A stretch of 63,515 nt of DNA, filler included, from Reticulomyxa filosa (lineage: Eukaryota > Protista > Foraminifera): assembly GCA_000512085.1 (NCBI GenBank). It is 24 parts of 24 records of this genome, joined end to end, with 100 filler letters (N's around TTAATTAATTAA, not from the genome) between each part and the next. Parts side by side here need not be neighbours in the genome. Positions count along the whole stretch, not along the records: positions 60,037 to 63,515 come from ASPP01012409.1; 23 more parts are not named here. One strand, 5' to 3'. Of the stretch, positions 62,755 to 63,515 are shown piece by piece (the stretch's first letter is position 1; each line of letters starts with the position of its first letter). Made by a program: the position numbers and the translations under genes. The notes under the pieces were generated by a model. It was given only the letters and a program-made list of their open reading frames with translations. It ran no database searches and had not been told where the DNA came from.

Positions 62755-63515
62755 ATGGAAAAGAAAACTTGTATCCAACAGACGGAAGTCAGGCCAAAAG
62801 AAAATATGGAGTGGACTCGACCGGACCGAAATAGTGTCGATGGGAAGGCGACCAAAGAACAAAAAAATCCTCAGCCAAGGAAGCCACTGTCTATCAATGT
62901 GAAAGCGCCACTCCCTTCAAGCCAAAGCAAATTGAGTCAACAAGGACAAGCGTTGAACGGAGCTTCTTTGTCTCCCTGCGTTTCACAAAAATTGACAGAG
63001 CCAAAGACACCCCAGTCAACATCCCATCGAGCCTCACAGATGAGCAATGGTGTATTGACACAACAAATGCATCACCATCGCACTTACAGTGACAACGGCA
63101 ACGATGGCACCACTGGGTTGAGTTTGAAGGCTATTGTGACTCCAGTGAAAAACATGGAAGAGGAACTAAACCATTTTTTTGGTAGCGGAGAAGATGGAGA
63201 CGATCATGACGATAATGATAATGATAATGAAGAAGGAGAAGATGATAATGACGATGACGATGATGATGACGATGATGATGACAATGATAACAATGAAGAG
63301 GAAGAACAGCATAGTGACCATGTGCAAACCTCGTCACGCGAAATGCCAGTACGTGACATTACACTGGACGATGTCGATGATGATGATGATGACGATGACG
63401 ACCGGACATCAGATTCTGACACCCCGCCTTTTGTTGAGTACTTTTCGTCCAATTTATTGCTCACAAAGGCAACCAAACAAGGAAGAGCAAAGGGGAGGCA
63501 AAAAAAAAAAAAAAA
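62755..63515 (+). CDS. Hypothetical protein with Asp/Glu-rich low-complexity region, 3' truncated (absent from the ORF track because no stop is reached)
   Basis: Open frame from ATG 62755 (MEKKTCIQQ...) to the window end. Upstream short exons at about 62434-62643 are possible. Confidence 0.7.
   Translation, partial: MEKKTCIQQTEVRPKENMEWTRPDRNSVDGKATKEQKNPQPRKPLSINVKAPLPSSQSKLSQQGQALNGASLSPCVSQKLTEPKTPQSTSHRASQMSNGVLTQQMHHHRTYSDNGNDGTTGLSLKAIVTPVKNMEEELNHFFGSGEDGDDHDDNDNDNEEGEDDNDDDDDDDDDDDNDNNEEEEQHSDHVQTSSREMPVRDITLDDVDDDDDDDDDRTSDSDTPPFVEYFSSNLLLTKATKQGRAKGRQKKKK

Noticed and set aside
63131-63476. His-rich and Ser-rich minus-strand ORFs
   Set aside because: Antisense to the Asp-rich plus-strand frame starting at 62755.
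1-63515. rRNA, tRNA or telomeric repeats
   Set aside because: None recognised by eye. tRNAscan-SE and Infernal would be needed to exclude small RNAs.

Overview
This window is not contiguous DNA. It is 24 short, unrelated contigs (about 1.0-5.1 kb) joined by 23 identical artificial 100-bp linkers (N44-TTAATTAATTAA-N44). Twenty-three contigs come from a very AT-rich, intron-containing, repeat- and pseudogene-rich protist. The gene families present (expanded WD40, Kelch, caspase-like, PPR, CAP-Gly, 7TM/RGS) most resemble the foraminiferan Reticulomyxa filosa; this is an inference from recalled family signatures, not a search result. One contig (41990-43276) is GC-rich bacterial DNA encoding an H-NOX protein and a histidine kinase. 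Recognisable eukaryotic genes or fragments: GTPBP1/2-like GTPase N-terminus, PEX16, CWF19L2-like, a Tudor-like/Kelch protein, a WD40 protein, a 7TM protein, a large polytopic membrane protein, PhoD phosphatase, an RGS protein with a split domain, a SAM-Ubl-Cys-rich fusion, a PPR-SMR protein, a MIEAP-like protein and a Kelch protein. There are also caspase-like, Kelch and CAP-Gly pseudogenes and a decayed LINE. Three observations stand out. (1) A shared ~30-aa helical 'QYWxR...II..Y' box is attached to three different beta-propeller proteins and is a candidate lineage-specific ubiquitin-ligase adaptor module. (2) A TA|CAGTA-ended pogo/Tigger-like transposon family with a relic HTH recurs on four contigs and abuts broken genes. 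(3) Many introns have a T tract at the donor end and an A tract directly before the acceptor AG. Several frameshifts sit in homopolymers and are probably sequencing errors.
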